Source: Heterodontus francisci (Eukaryota). From it: a stretch of DNA of 64,000 nucleotides. The DNA is taken from positions 85,354,109 to 85,418,108 of the forward strand of contig NC_090379.1 of assembly GCF_036365525.1 (NCBI RefSeq), in the 5' to 3' direction. Positions 36,935-62,485 of the stretch are shown piece after piece. Within the stretch, counting starts at the first letter, position 1, and every line of letters starts with the position of its first letter. The notes below the pieces were generated by a model. It did no database searches. It worked only from the letters and a program-made list of their open reading frames with translations, and had not been told where the DNA came from. The translations under genes were made by a program, and so were the position numbers.

Positions 36935-37350
36935 GGCAGATGTGGCTCAGTTGATTGCAGTCTTGCCTCTGAGTCATAATTCTTGGTTCAGGTCCCACTC
37001 TAGGACTTGTGCACAAAAGTCAAGGCTGATAATCCAGTGCAGTACTGAGGAGATGTTGTCTTTCTGATGAGACATTAAACTGAAGCCCCATCCTGCTTGG
37101 GTAAAAGATCCCATGGTGTTAATCTGAAGAACAACAGGGTAGTTATCTCTGGTGTCCTGCCCAATATTTATCCCTCAATCAACATCACAAAAATAGATTA
37201 TCCGGTCATTATCACATTGCTGGTGTGGGAATTTTCTACGTGCATACTGGCTGCTGCGTTTCCTACAGTGGTGACTGCACTTCATTACTCATAAAGTGTT
37301 TTGAGAGGCCCGGTGGTTGTGAAAAGTGCTGTATAAATGCAAGTCTTTCT
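36935..37350 (+). mobile_element. Near-complete tRNA-derived SINE
   Basis: Head TGTGGCTCAGTTGATTGCAGTCTTGCCTCTGAGTCA...GGTTCAGGTCCCACTC, core AAAAGATCCCATGG, tail GCTGTATAAATGCAAGTCTTTCT. Confidence 0.75.
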
Positions 37351-38093
37351 GTTTTATTATTGGGCATCTTCTGAAGAGCAGGGCATCTTGGACAGCAAAT
37401 TCCAGATTTTTGCACTTAACTGTGCATGTGTGGTTTCGGAGGTTGCTGTCCCATTTAAACTTTAATAACTGTGACCACTGTTAGCCCTCACTGATATTTC
37501 TATCACAAAATCCAGCCCATCACATGTTTATCATTGAACGTATCTGCCACCGCACCACCTACAGACATAAGAGGTTCTACACCGAATTGGGACCCACCTA
37601 CCACTTATAATATGTAATATACTATATGATATATAGGGCTCATTGAATGGGTGGAAAATGTAGTCACACATATTTATGAAGGACCTTAAAGACACCTAAT
37701 AGAAAAACAATTACTGCACAAACATTTCTTCCACATTGACTTAATTGCACAACTGGAAATTGCACGTGAAGAATCTGAACAGGGTCCTAGTTTCAAAATA
37801 TTATATAGTAGCTGCACCTTTTTTAACCTGTATAATGCCAGGCAGCTTCACAGAGATTTCAATCATCCAGGGATGCAGTGAATGCACTGCAACAATATTG
37901 GAGCAATAAAACTATTCAAAGATCAAAAGAAAAATGTTGGTACAGCTCCCAATCTAGTTCATGCCATCCAGAAAGGTATGCACTTTTTCTCTTCTTTTTA
38001 GTCTTTTAGCCATCATGCACAATTCATTGTCAGAGATTGCTCCCAAACATCTGTGAGATGGGTGTGATCAGTGATAGAAATGCACTTGATTCT

Positions 38094-39084
38094 TGTTGTA
38101 TGCTTGGCTACTCTAGCTAGGAGAGATTACTAAGCCTTCTGTAAGTTTTAATAATAACTCCCTCCCTAACAGCACTGTGGGTGTACCTGCACCAGATGGA
38201 CTGCAGCAGTTCAAGAAGGCAGCTCACCACCACATTCTTAAGGGCAATTAGCGATGGGCAACAAATGCTGGCCTTGCCAGTGAAGCTCACATCACATGAA
38301 ACAAATAATTTAAAAAAAACCTTCCATCACTTTGCTGATGATTGAGAGTCAACTGATGGAGACATAACAGGCCAGAGTGGATTTGTTCTGCTTTTTGAGG
38401 ACAGGACATACCTGGGCAACTTTCAAAATTGTTGGATATGTGCCAGTGTTGCAGTTGTACTGCCTCATGTAATGGTGCCAACCTTGTATCTGCCCTTTTT
38501 AAGGATTTTTGGTTTTTCCCGGTGCTGCCTGCCTAATGCGCTGTTAGAAACAATTTTCTACCCTTTTTTAATGGTTGCTCACTAGATCCCCAACAGTTGT
38601 TTGGTTCTCCGACTCGAAGTCTGCGATCGCTGGACCGGGATTTTTTTTCACAGACCACCATGCCGATTGTGGTGCAGCCTGAATGCCTCTGCAAGCCGAC
38701 TCCCCAACTCTCCATTTCGGCCATGGAGCAGCTCTGGAGCTCTTCACAGCCTCTTTTCGAGTTCTGCAGCTTTGGAGCTACTTCTTCAGGTTTGGTGATT
38801 TTCAAAGTTTTCTGGATAGCAAGAACCACCACTGTTCACCATATTGTATGTTTGACTAGTCTATCTAGGAGAGATTACTGAGTGGTAAGTTTTAACAATA
38901 ACTAGTTTATTACATTTCAGGAACTATATACACTTTACTTAAACATGTCTGCGGCCTCCAATGGTCATGATGCTTCTTCTTCTTCTTCTCAACTCTCTTG
39001 CACATATGATGTCTTACATCATCACAGTGGGAGGTGTTACTCACACTGCCCCAAACATTAACCCTTTCAAACCTTTATACTACA
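38094..39084 (-). mobile_element. Miniature, internally deleted LTR element
   Basis: TG...CA ends with 5-bp TSD ATTCT (38089-38093; 39085-39089). LTR start repeated at 38094 and 38842 (T.TTGTATG.TTG.CTA.TCTA.CTAGGAGAGATTACT). PBS-like TGGTGAACAGTGG follows the full LTR on minus. Confidence 0.75.
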
Positions 39085-39199
39085 ATTCTTCCCCCCTCCA
39101 CCAACCCGCCCCCATCCACTGCCCCCACCATGCCATTGGGTTTAGTAGCTACTGACCTCTACTTGGAACAGTAGGGCGAGGCAAAAAAAATTTGGATGC

Positions 39200-39345
39200 A
39201 TAAAGGGGAGGGGGGAGGGATTGGAGGGGGAGGGAGAAGAGGGGAAGGGGAGGAGGAGGGGAGAGGGGACAGTGGAAAGGGAGGGCGAAAGGGGGGAGGG
39301 GAGAGAGAGGGATGGGGGGTGGGGCGGAAGGGAAGAAGGAGGCAG
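39200..39345. repeat. Polypurine (G/A) low-complexity tract
   Basis: ~145 nt almost entirely G and A. Confidence 0.8.
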
Positions 39346-39706
39346 TGGTATATCATGCTGCATTCTGTGCATACATTGACTATCAAGAAAAGGATTTGTT
39401 TCAAGCTTCATTCTTTGTTTGGCTTGGATCTATATATCACATAGATGCCAGGTGAGGACAGGACCAAGCTTGCGTGTAACATTTTCCAGTTGAACACCTT
39501 GCCAGCAGGCACTGCCTATGATTATACATTTGTTCATGGTAGTTGAGGGCTGCCAGTGCCCATGAATTTGAATTCAACCTTCATGTAAGGAGGTGATAAA
39601 TATGGAGGGGAGGGAAGGGAATTATTTACTAAAGTAAACAGACAGAGGGGAAAGTAACTTCCCTTGACACCAAGGCAGCATTTGACCAAGTGTGGCATCA
39701 AAACTG

Positions 39707-42615
39707 TTGCCAGTTCTGATGGAAGGTCACAGAACTGAAGCGTTAACTCTGCTTCTTTCTCCACAGATGCTGCCTGACCTTCTGAGTATTTCCAGCACTT
39801 TCTGCTTTTATTTCAGATTTCCAGTATCTGCAGAATTTTGCTTTTATTTTTGTGTTTAATTCACTGCCATTTCTCTTCCAGGAATGCCTACCTGGAAGAA
39901 GTTCTGATCTTCTCTCCGACGGGATTTCCATTTGTCTCTTTTACCTTGTTCACCTTCATTGCTTTCTATTTACCTCCAAGTGTTTGATAAAGTGTCTACC
40001 AAAACTCACAGCCACATCTCCTTCCTCAATGACCGTCTCCGGCTCTGACCTATTCCATGTGGATTTCAACTGAAGTTCCATCCTTCATGTTTTCAATCCA
40101 CCCAGGATTACAGGTATTTTTGAGAAATACAACATTTCTTGGACTGCTGCTCTCACCACATTCTGCGATCCACTCTCAGTCCCATGCGCCGTCACATGTA
40201 CACACTTGACCTCTCTCTCCAGAAGCACCGACTCACCTTATCTCAAAGCTGTTCTGCTCCAGAGTTTCATTTCGTCCTTCGTCTTATCCGAAGCATTAAC
40301 AAAAAAACTTTTTCTCTTTCTTTCAGGTGTTAAGGAACGTAAGCTCCAGTAGCTCATGGGTATCAAGGCACTTCCAGATCCTCCTTCCCCTTCACTTCCC
40401 TCTGACCCCATCCCTTCTCCTAATCTGACCCCGTGCTGTGTATTCACAATACCCTCTGACCTTCCCATCTCTGACGCTGAACGATCTGTACTTAACAAAG
40501 GACTCAGTTTTATCCCCTTATGCCCCCAACTCAATGAATTTTGTGCTCGGCATGACATTGTGCTCTTCTTCCATTGTCTTCGACTCCAGGCTTACTTCTT
40601 TGACCAGGAGTCCTCCCCGTGACTGTCACTGACTTCATCTCCTCTGGAGGTCTTCCCACTACAACTTCCAACCTCACAGTCCCGCAGCCTGAACAACCTG
40701 CTTTTACCCTCTTCCCAAAATCCACAAACAGGACTGTCCTGGCAGACCCATCGTTTCAGCCTGTTCCTGCCCCACTGAACTTTTGCTTCCTATCATGATT
40801 CTATTTTTTCTCCCCTGGTCCAGTCTCTTTCCACCTACATCCGTGACTCTTCTGACACCCTACGTCATTTCTACAATTTCCAGTTTCTTGGCCTTAACCG
40901 CCTCCTCCTCTCTGTGGACGTTCAATCTCTCTACACCTCCATCCCCCACCAAGACGGTTTGAGGGCTCTCCACTTCTTCCTTGAACAGAGGTCCAACCAG
41001 TCCCCATCCACCACCACCCTCCTCCACCTGGTTGAACTTGTTCGCACATTGAACAACTTCTCCTTCAACTCAACTCATTTTATTCAAGTTAAAGGTGTTA
41101 CTAGGTACCTGCATGCATCCTAGTTATGCCTGGCTTTGTGTGGGATATATCAAACATTTCTTGTTCCAGTCCTACTCAGGCCCCCTCCCTTACCTCTTTT
41201 TCCAGTACAGTATCGCTGCCGCTTCCTGCTCTCGTTCTGAATTGGAAAACGTCATCAACTTTGCTTCCAATTTCCACCTTTCTCTCACCTTTACATGGTC
41301 TATCTCTGACATTTCCCTTCCCTTCCTTGATTTCTCTGTCTCCATCTCGGGGGATAGGCTGTCCACTAATATTCATTATAAGTCCACCGACTCCCAAAGC
41401 GACCTTGACTACACTTCCTCGCACCCTGTTTCCTGTAAGGACTCTATCCCATTCTACCAGATTCTCCGCCTTGTCTGTTCTGATGATGCAGCCTTCCAAA
41501 ACAGCACTTCTGACATGTTTTCCTTTTTCCTCAAATGAGGATCCCCCGCACTGTGGTTGACAGGGCCCTCAACCGTGTCTGACCCATTTGCTGCACTTCT
41601 GCCCTCACCCCTGCCCCTCCCAGAACCACAACAGGGTGCCCCTTGTCCTCACTTTCCACCCCACCAGCCTCCACATCCAAAGGATCATCCTCCACCATTT
41701 CCGCCACCTCCAGCGTGATGCCACCACCAAACACATCTTCCTTTCCCCTCCCATGTCAGCATTCCGAAGGGATTGTTCCCACCGCAACACCCTGGTCCAC
41801 TCCTCCATCACTCCCGACACCACCTTCCCATGCAATCGCAGGAGGTGTAATACCTGCCCTTTTACCTCAACGCTCCTCACCCTCCAAGGCCCCAAACACT
41901 CCTTCTAGGTGAAGCAGCGATTTACTTGCACTTCCTTCAATTTAGTATACTGTATTCATTGCTCACAATGCCAGTCACCTCTACATTGGGGAGACCAAAC
42001 CCAGATTGGGTGACTGCTTTGCAGAACACCTCCACCCAGTCCGAAAGCATGACCCCGAGCTTCCGGTTACTTGCCATTTCGACACACACCTCTGCTCTCA
42101 TGTCCACATTTCTGTCCTTAGCCTGGTGCAGTGTTCCAGTGAACATCACCACAAGCTCAAGGAACAACACCTCATCTTCCGATTAGGCACTCAATATTGA
42201 GTTCAACAATTTCAGAGCAGGATTGGCCCTTTTTTATTTTTTATTTCCTTTTTTAAATTTTGTTTTTTAATCATGTGCCTGTTTTTCATGTGTTTTTAGA
42301 CAGAGCTGCTCATTATTCTACCATTAACAAACTCTCTGGTCTAATGCTTTATCTTTCACAACCATTAACATGCTCTTTGCCTTTGTCCCATGACATCTTT
42401 GTTATTTAATCTCTCCTGTCCTCTGCTCTATCACACACCTTCCCTTTTGTTCTCTTCCCCACTACTACCCCCCACTACACTCGCTTAAAACCTAATACTT
42501 TTGTTACCTTTGCCAGTTCTGATGAAAGGTAACAGATCTGAAATATTAACTCTGCTTCTCTCTCCACAAATGCTGCCAAACCCGCTGAGTATTTCCAGCA
42601 CTTTCTGTTTTTATT
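39707..42615 (+). mobile_element. Degenerate Penelope-like retroelement (RT plus GIY-YIG endonuclease) with terminal direct repeats
   Basis: ERSVLNKGLSFIP; LPKIHKQDCPGRPIVSAC (~40710-40770); DVQSLYTSIPHQDGL; LPFLDFSVSI; VPLVLTFHP; CNRRRCNTCPF; LVYCIHCSQC...YIGET...DCFAEHL. Direct repeat TGCCAGTTCTGATG..AGGT.ACAGA...TTAACTCTGCTTCT at ~39707 and ~42511. Confidence 0.9.
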
Positions 42616-42779
42616 TTTGTATCATCTAAATATGCGTGTGCGCACGTGCAGGTGCAATCACACATTATATATAAAGACAACCTTAGCTTTCCCATTGAAT
42701 GGGTCCTGAACCATTAATTAGAGCAACTACAATTTTCAAATCAAATCTTGAAATACAAAAGTGAACACCATTTAGTCTA

Positions 42780-45700
42780 TATTGCCTCTTCCCATCAGTT
42801 CTGCCAAAATGCATCATCTCATATTTCTCTGTATTAAATTTCATCTGCCACTTGTCTACGGCCTGTTGCAGTTCATTAGCATCATCCTCACTGTCTGCTC
42901 ACAAGTTTGGTATAATCAGTAAGTTTTGAAATTTTACTCTGTATTCCAATCCCAAGTCATTTATGTACATCAAAACAGGTGGTGGTCCTAGAACTGCATC
43001 TTGGAGATCATCCTCCAGTCTGAAAACCAACCATTTACCATGACTCGCTGTTTTCTGTCCTAAAGCCAATTTTTTATCCAAGCTGACACTGACCCTCCTA
43101 TTCCATGAGCCTCAATTTTGATAACCAGCCTTTTATGTGATACTTTGTTAAAGGCTTTCTTAAAATCTATATAGACAAAATCCATTGCTTTCTCTTCATC
43201 AACCTTCTCTGTTACTTCATCAAAAAAAAATTAGGTTAGTCAAGCATGAACAGCCTCTTACAAATCTATGCTGGCTCTCCTATATTAACTCAAACCTCTC
43301 CAAGTGCCTGTATTTTTGTCCCTGACTATTGTTTCTAAAACCTTACCCACCACAGCTGTTAAGCTGACCAGCCAGTTGTTTCATGGAATGTCCTTACAAC
43401 ACCCTTTCTTGAATAAGGGTGTCACATTTGCCACTCTCCAATCCTCTGGCACCTCCCCCATATCGAGGGAAGATTGGAAGGTGGAACGCGTCTCCACTTC
43501 CACTTCTTTAGCAACCTGGGATGCAAGCCATCCGGACCAAGCACTCGAAGTATAGCCAGCATTTCCTGAATATCCTGCCCATCAATTTCCACCTCATCCA
43601 TTACCTCTACCATCTCCGCTTCTGATGCTATTTTGTCAGCATTCTCTTCCTTAGTAAACACTTATACAAAGTACTCATTAAGTATTCTAGCCTCGCCCTG
43701 CACCTCTAAGCAACCTCATATACCAACCTATATCATCCTCTTTGTCCCCAATAGGGTCCACCCCATCTCCTATGACCCACTTACTATTTATATGCTGGTA
43801 GAAGATTTTTTGGTTCCCTTTTATGCTAACTGTTATTCTATTCTCATTTCTCTTTTTGCCAGTTGTATTTTCGTCTTCACCTCCCCTCTCACCTTATTGC
43901 ATTTGGCCTGATTTGCGCTTGAAGAATTCACCTGACTTCATCATACACCATCCTTTTTCTGTTTCATCATATTCTCTATCTCCCTCCTCATCCAAGGAGC
44001 CCTGACTTTGGTTCCCTTACTGTTTGCCCTTGTTGGAACGTACCTAACCCATACCTGAAACATCTGCTCCTTAAAGATCACCCATTGCTCAGTTACAGTT
44101 TTTCCTGTCAATCTTTGGTTCCATGTTACCCTGACTAGATCCCCTCTCATCCCATTTCCAACTTAGAGGTTCTACTTCAGATTGTTCCTTGCTCTTCTCC
44201 ATTGCTAATCTAAACCTTATGATACAATGATCATTCTTACCCAAGTGTTGCTCCCACAGACACCTGGTCCACTTGGCTCACCTCATTCCCCAGCACCAGA
44301 TCCAGCAATGCCTCCTTCCTAGTTGGACCAAGAACATACTAGTCAAGGAGGTTGTCCTGAACACATTTCAGAAATTCCTCCCCCTCCTTTCCCTTTACTC
44401 TATCATTATCCTAATCGATGTTTGGGTGAATTCAAGTCCCCCAATATTACCACTCGATAGTTCCTGCGCATCTCTTTCATTTCCCTGCAGATTTGCTCCT
44501 CCATCTCTATCTCACTATTTGGAGGCCTATAGAATACCTTCAGTAACCTGATCATCCCCTTTTCACTTCTCAACTCTAATCAAATGATTCTCTTTGCCAC
44601 CTCAAGAACATCCTCACTTTCCAACACGACAACATCTTCCCTAATCACTCCTGCCACCCCACCTCCCCTTTTTCCTTCTCCATCTTTTCTGAACACTTTA
44701 TATCCTTGAATATTAAGCACCCAGTCCTCACCATTTTTAAGCCACATTCCATTTATTGCCACATTATATTTCCACACAGCCATTTGTGCTTGTAGCTCAC
44801 CAGTCTTATTCATCACACTTTTGAGTTTACGTGCATGCATTGTAAACCTGCCCTTGCATTCCTCATCGTCCTTCTCCTATCTAATATGATACTACTTCCT
44901 TCTCTAGTATTACCCAGCACTCTAACTCCTTTATGCACTTTCTTTCTCTTTTCTTCTACATGCTGGTGCCCATCCCCTGCCAATTCAGTTTAAACTCTCT
45001 CCAACCACACTAGAAAACCTCCCTGCGAGGGCATTGGTCCCAGTCCTATTGAGGTGCAACCTGTTCCTTTTGAATAGATCTCTGCCCCAGAACTGGTCCC
45101 AATGACCCACGAACCTGAAGCCCTCCCTCCTACACCATGCATTGATCCTCCCTATCTTCCTACTTCGACTCATTAGCATGTAGCACTGGGAGTAATCCAG
45201 AGATTACCATCATCGATGTCCTACTTTTTAAACTTCCTTTCTAGCTCCTGAAAACCTGACCATAGGACCTGCTTTCTCTATGTCATTGGTACAGACATAT
45301 GCCGCAACTTCTGGCTCACTCCTTTCTCCCTGCAGAATATTATGCACCTTCTCCGTGATGTCCTTTACCCTGGCACCAGGGAGGCAACACATCATGCGGG
45401 ACTCATGATAATGGTTACATAAATGCCAGTTTGTTCCCCTAACCACGGAATCTCCTACAATGATTACATTGCTACTCTTTGTTGTTCCCTCCTGTACAGT
45501 CCCTTGCCCAATGGTATGGACCACACTCCTTCCAAGTGTCATCACTCCCGGCAGTGTCCAATGATTAGTTCCAGTTTGAAAATGGCACACACCCCAAAGA
45601 CTCCTGCACTTCATTCTCTTCCATATGGCCACCCATCTACTATCCTGAACTCTTACTGCCTATGGGGTGACCACCTCCTGGAACTTATATTCAGGACGCT

Positions 45701-45850
45701 CTCCTGTTCCCTGATGCTTTGCAGTGACTGCAGCTGCCCCTGAAACTCCCAGAATTCCTGAGCCCAAGCTTCCTACACATGTGGCGTCCTGAAGTTCCCA
45801 CATCGCACAGAAATTGCAAGCACCAGGTCTCAGCTGCCCGACCACGATCT
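42780..45850 (-). mobile_element. Long degenerate CR1 LINE with ORF1 (zinc finger plus SGNH esterase-like) and ORF2 (endonuclease, RT) remnants
   Basis: CNFCAMWE (45660-45845); IIVGDSVVRG...CCLPGARVKDI (45228-45632); GFRFVGHWDQFWGR..LHLNRTG (44985-45179); IQGYKVFRKDGEGKRGGGVA (44580-44840); GPDGLHPRLLK (43422-43661). Confidence 0.88.
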
Positions 45851-47924
45851 AAGAAAAATCTAGTTAGTATCTTATATAAACTAATAATTTTAATTAAAAT
45901 GCCTCTAGATCTGCACTGTGCTAATACTCTTATTAGTTATGCTACTGTTATACTTACCCCAATTGAAATGCTATTAACTAATGTTGTTGGATTGTTCTTT
46001 TCAGTCATGCATTGCCCATCCTCATCAATTCAGCATCCTGTGGATTGAGATCTTAAACTGGAATTTTCTGTCCCTGCGAGTGAGCAAAATTGCGTGTACC
46101 TCGAGCCATGCACATCATATGCTGTGATTACAATCTCAAGATTACAAAGTGTTTCTGTTGAATATACTAATGAAGTTTTCTGCAAATTATAAATTTTCCA
46201 TTGGATTACAAGCAGTATCTTTCGGACGTTAGATTTGGGGGTGGCCAGGAGTGTGTCAATATTTGCAGAGTTCCACAAACAGAAATGTTTGAAAATAAAT
46301 GTGTGTAAATATTTCCAGCTAGAACTGCTGCTTGACATAGTAGAAGTGTTACAAGCTGACACGTTACAATGTTATTTGACTGAATTACAGGACAATTCAG
46401 TACATCTATACTACATTTGTTAAAAAGTCTTGTATCTAGCAGAATCACACTTCAAACTATTGTGAGCAAGGTCCATCACATTTGCAGCTGATTTGCTACT
46501 GTTTCAGGAGTATATCACTACTTTGTGAAATCTGAGCCAATCACAACTGAACAGATACAGAACACAGCAAATCAAACAACAGAAATGGAAACCACCTAAG
46601 TTCAAAAATCTACAAATGAACAATGGTGAAAATGAGCAAGTTACCAATAAGAAAAGGCAAAACAATCCAATTGCTGAAAATCTTTTGCATACTAAACTGA
46701 ATAGCTAATAGATTTACAATTTGACAAACACAAAAATGTGCAAAATTTCACAAGAAAATTAATTTACAGAATAGAATGCTATGTATTGAAAATGCTCATC
46801 ACAATCTTCTTCATTGAAGGTGTGTGTATGTGAGAAGCCTGAAGCTTAAGTTCATACAGGTTCACAGATAGATCAGCCAGATAAACAGATTAACAATATT
46901 AACCTGCAACTTGTAGTAATTTTGATTAAGACTGGTCATTCGCAGGACATGCCAGGAATTGCTGTTTGAAAGTTCTACACCACCACCCTCATCAGCTATG
47001 TATCAATGCAAAGTTACAACAGAAACACCTCCCCCGCCCCCCAGAAGAGTCACTACTCAAAGCAGTTAATGATTTGTGTATAGCACCAAAACACAACTTT
47101 TAAAAGGTACCCTTAAAAACAAAAATTGTTTACTGTAAAATGTCCAACCTTCTGCAAGTGTAGTTGGCAACAAAAAATCAGCGAGTCTAATGTATTTGTA
47201 TTCTAAATGGTTACAGTAACTGCCTCATTTCTTTCCACAGAGCTCAAAAAGAATCATTGTTCATGCGTGCACATATTCAACTTATACAAAAGTTTATCAT
47301 TACTTAAATTAAGTCCTGTATTAATTCTGTGTATGGTAGAACAACATTTTGGCAATTGTTGCAGAGAAATTTTGTATGAGAATTATGTAAATGTTTCAAA
47401 TTCTTATTTGTTGGCGTCTGCAACAAAAGCCAAAAGGTCAACAGATGACCAGTAAAGGTAAATAACTGCTCCACATTAGAGTTTTACCTAACAGTAATGG
47501 GTAAGGAAAATTACGAGGAATGATTAAAAAAAAGCTTGGAAAGGGGGTGCCTGAGAGAACCTTACAGAGGTGTACAAAATATTGAGTAGGGAAATAAAAC
47601 AATCCAAATCATTGTTACAACTTAAACCACAACTTCAGGACAAGGAGATCTAGGTACAAACCAGAGGAATGTACAGGACTATCAAAGCATTTTTTGTTCT
47701 ACAATGATTAATAGCTGAGAAGTGAAAGCAAAAATTAATTCAAAAGGCTTTAAACTGCTATGATAGGGAACAGTAGGTTTCTATGGAAAGATGACCTAGA
47801 TGGACTGAATGGCTTCCCTCAACTGTTATTACTTCTGTGAGACACTGCACTTCTATTTAACTAACCTCACACCTGAAAATCAGGAGGTTAAACTTTAAAT
47901 GTTATTCACAAAATTAATTAAGAG

Positions 47925-49160
47925 TGGATTAAGGATAGCCAGCATGGATTTGTAAAAGGCAGATCATACTTGACTAACGTAATTGAATTTTTTGATGAAG
48001 TAACAGAGAAGGTTGATGAATGGAATGCAGTGGATATTGTCCATATGGATCTTAAGAAAGCATTTGACAAAGTACCACATAAAAGGCTGGTTAACAAAAT
48101 TTTGGTTCAGGGAATAGGAGGGTCAGTGTCCAATTGTATAAAAAAAAAACTGGCTTAAGGACAGAAAACAGCGAGTTGTGGTAAATGGTTGTTTTCAGAC
48201 TGGAGAATGGTAGACAGTGGTGTTCCCCAAGGGTCAGTGCTAGGACCACTGTTTTTTTTTTGCTAATTATAATCTTAGATCTTGGAATACAGCGTAGAAT
48301 TAAAATTTGCCAATGATACCAAACTTGGAGTGGCGGCAAAGTGAGGATGACACGAACTGCCTGCATAGATAGGCTAGCAGAACAGGCAGACAAGTGGCAG
48401 ATGAAATTTAATACAGACAAGTGTGAGGTGATGCATTTTGGCAGAAGGGATAGGGTGAGACAGTTCTAAGGAGTGTGCAGGAATAGAGGGACTTGGGGGT
48501 GCATGTGGATCAATCTTTGAAGGTGGCAGGACATATTGGAGAGCGGTTAGCAAAACATACGGAATATTGGGCTTTGTAAATAGAGGCATAGCGTACAAAA
48601 GCAGGGAAGTTATGCTGAACCATTATAAAGCTCTGGTTAGGCCCCAGATGGAATACTGTGTCCAATTCTGGTCACCACACTTTAGGAAGAATGCAAGGGT
48701 ATTTGAGAGGGTGCAGAGGAGATTTACCAGAATAGTTCCAGGGATGGGGGATTTTAGTTAGGTTGGAAAATATGGGAGTTGTTCTCCTTGGAGTATAGGA
48801 GATTAAGGGTAGATTTGATAAGATATGCAAAGCTTAGACAAGTTAGACAAGAAAAAAAACTTGCCATTAACTGATGGTACAAGGACTAGAGGACATAGAT
48901 TAAAGATTTTGGGCAAGAGATGCAGGGGGAATGTGAAGAACTTTTTTTTACGCAAGTGGCAATGACCTGGAACTCGCTACCCATCAGGTCATTGGAAGCA
49001 GACAATCAATGATTTCAAAAGGAAATTGGATGGGCATTTGAAGGAAATAAAATTGCAAGGCCACGACGATTGAGTGAGAGCGGGACGGACCGGATAGCTC
49101 TATGAAGAGCCGGCATGGACTCAGTGGGCTGAATGGCCTCCTTCTAAGTCGTAAATGACT
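47925..49160 (+). mobile_element. CR1 LINE 3' fragment
   Basis: DIVHMDLKKAFDKVPH (47970-48158), LVRPQMEYCVQFWSPHFRK (48567-48761), CR1 3' tail. Confidence 0.88.
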
Positions 49161-49684
49161 CAATATGCTCATGCCAATGCTACCATTTTGATCATATTAA
49201 GAGTCACTGAGCCATGGTCGACTTGTATTACTTTATTTTATGCACTTGAAATATACATAACTCTGAAACAAAGTTATCTTGAACATATTTTCATTAATTT
49301 GAGACATGCCTTTGCCTTGTCAAAAATTTAACAGGGATTTGAAATGTTTCACTTTTACATTACTTTAATCTCTTGAACAGAATTTGAATGTATTAAAAAT
49401 ACTTACCAAAAGTGGCAGTAAATAAACTAGATTATTCTGCATTACACCTTAATTAAATTATAAGAAATTATTTAGAATATACTAGCCACTGCAAACACAC
49501 AGGATTTTTGATGTTTCAATATATACATAAATACCAAGCCCTTTGTCTTCAAGTCAAGTATGCTTTTTTCAAATTTTATTTTTCTTTGCAAGAAGCTCTC
49601 AGTATTTATTCTACTGGTGATTTTATTTTAAGTGCACAAACAGGCGTGTGTGTATTAACCTTGAATGACACATGGAAGGATGGA

Positions 49685-61566
<11,882 letters not shown>

Positions 61567-62485
61567 TGACGTCTTTTAATAGATGCAGAAATGCGTAAAA
61601 GGACACGTAGCTTCAAATAGAAACACAGGAAATATGCAGCAAAGTATTGAGGTATATCCTCTAGATATATCTTGCTTTTCAAATGTCATTTGGTTTACTG
61701 ATCGAATCTACTATGTTTTGTTTTATTTCAGAGACCTATCATTGAGCCTCTTTTTTTAATATCTCACATTTTAAGTGTCACTTCTAACATCTCCATTATT
61801 GGTGTTGACACCTCTACCAAAATAAAACAGTTTTTACTTCTTGTGATGCTTGATGGTTGTAGCTGGTTAACTCCGCACACATCTACAGCTTTATACTAAC
61901 ATTTTCCTGACTTCATTGGGACAGAACTGCTAATTTAAGAAGCAATGACAGAATTCAAGAGGAGCTTTTCTTTCCAAATAGATTGTTTGCATGATGCACT
62001 CAAGAGGTATTATCGGCACATTTATATGCATTAAACAGAACACTGTGTTTGAAATATTTGCAGCAGTTTGCATTGTTATAACTTTATTGTGAATAAATAT
62101 GTAGCACATTAACTATTTCGGTATCTTCAGACATTTCTCCACTGTTTTTGAAATACTGGTCTTGTTCAGTTAACCACTCTTAAAGCAAGCCAACATTTAC
62201 ATTAAAGTCAATTTATTTTACTGTACACATGTTAAGACTTATGCAGCTATGATATGGATATATTTTAATTTGGTTTGTATTGATAAAGGGGCATAAACAA
62301 TGCAAGCTTTGTACAATCTATTCAGGTATAAGATCATTATTGTACTTATTATTACCACTTGCAAAATGTGAGCATAGAATGACAACCTTTATGGCGTCAT
62401 TTTGGTATAGCGGCTGGTTCGGATATGTTTGGATTATTCCATGAAGCTACTCTGTATTTATGCCTAGGCCACGTCGGGGGCTTGC

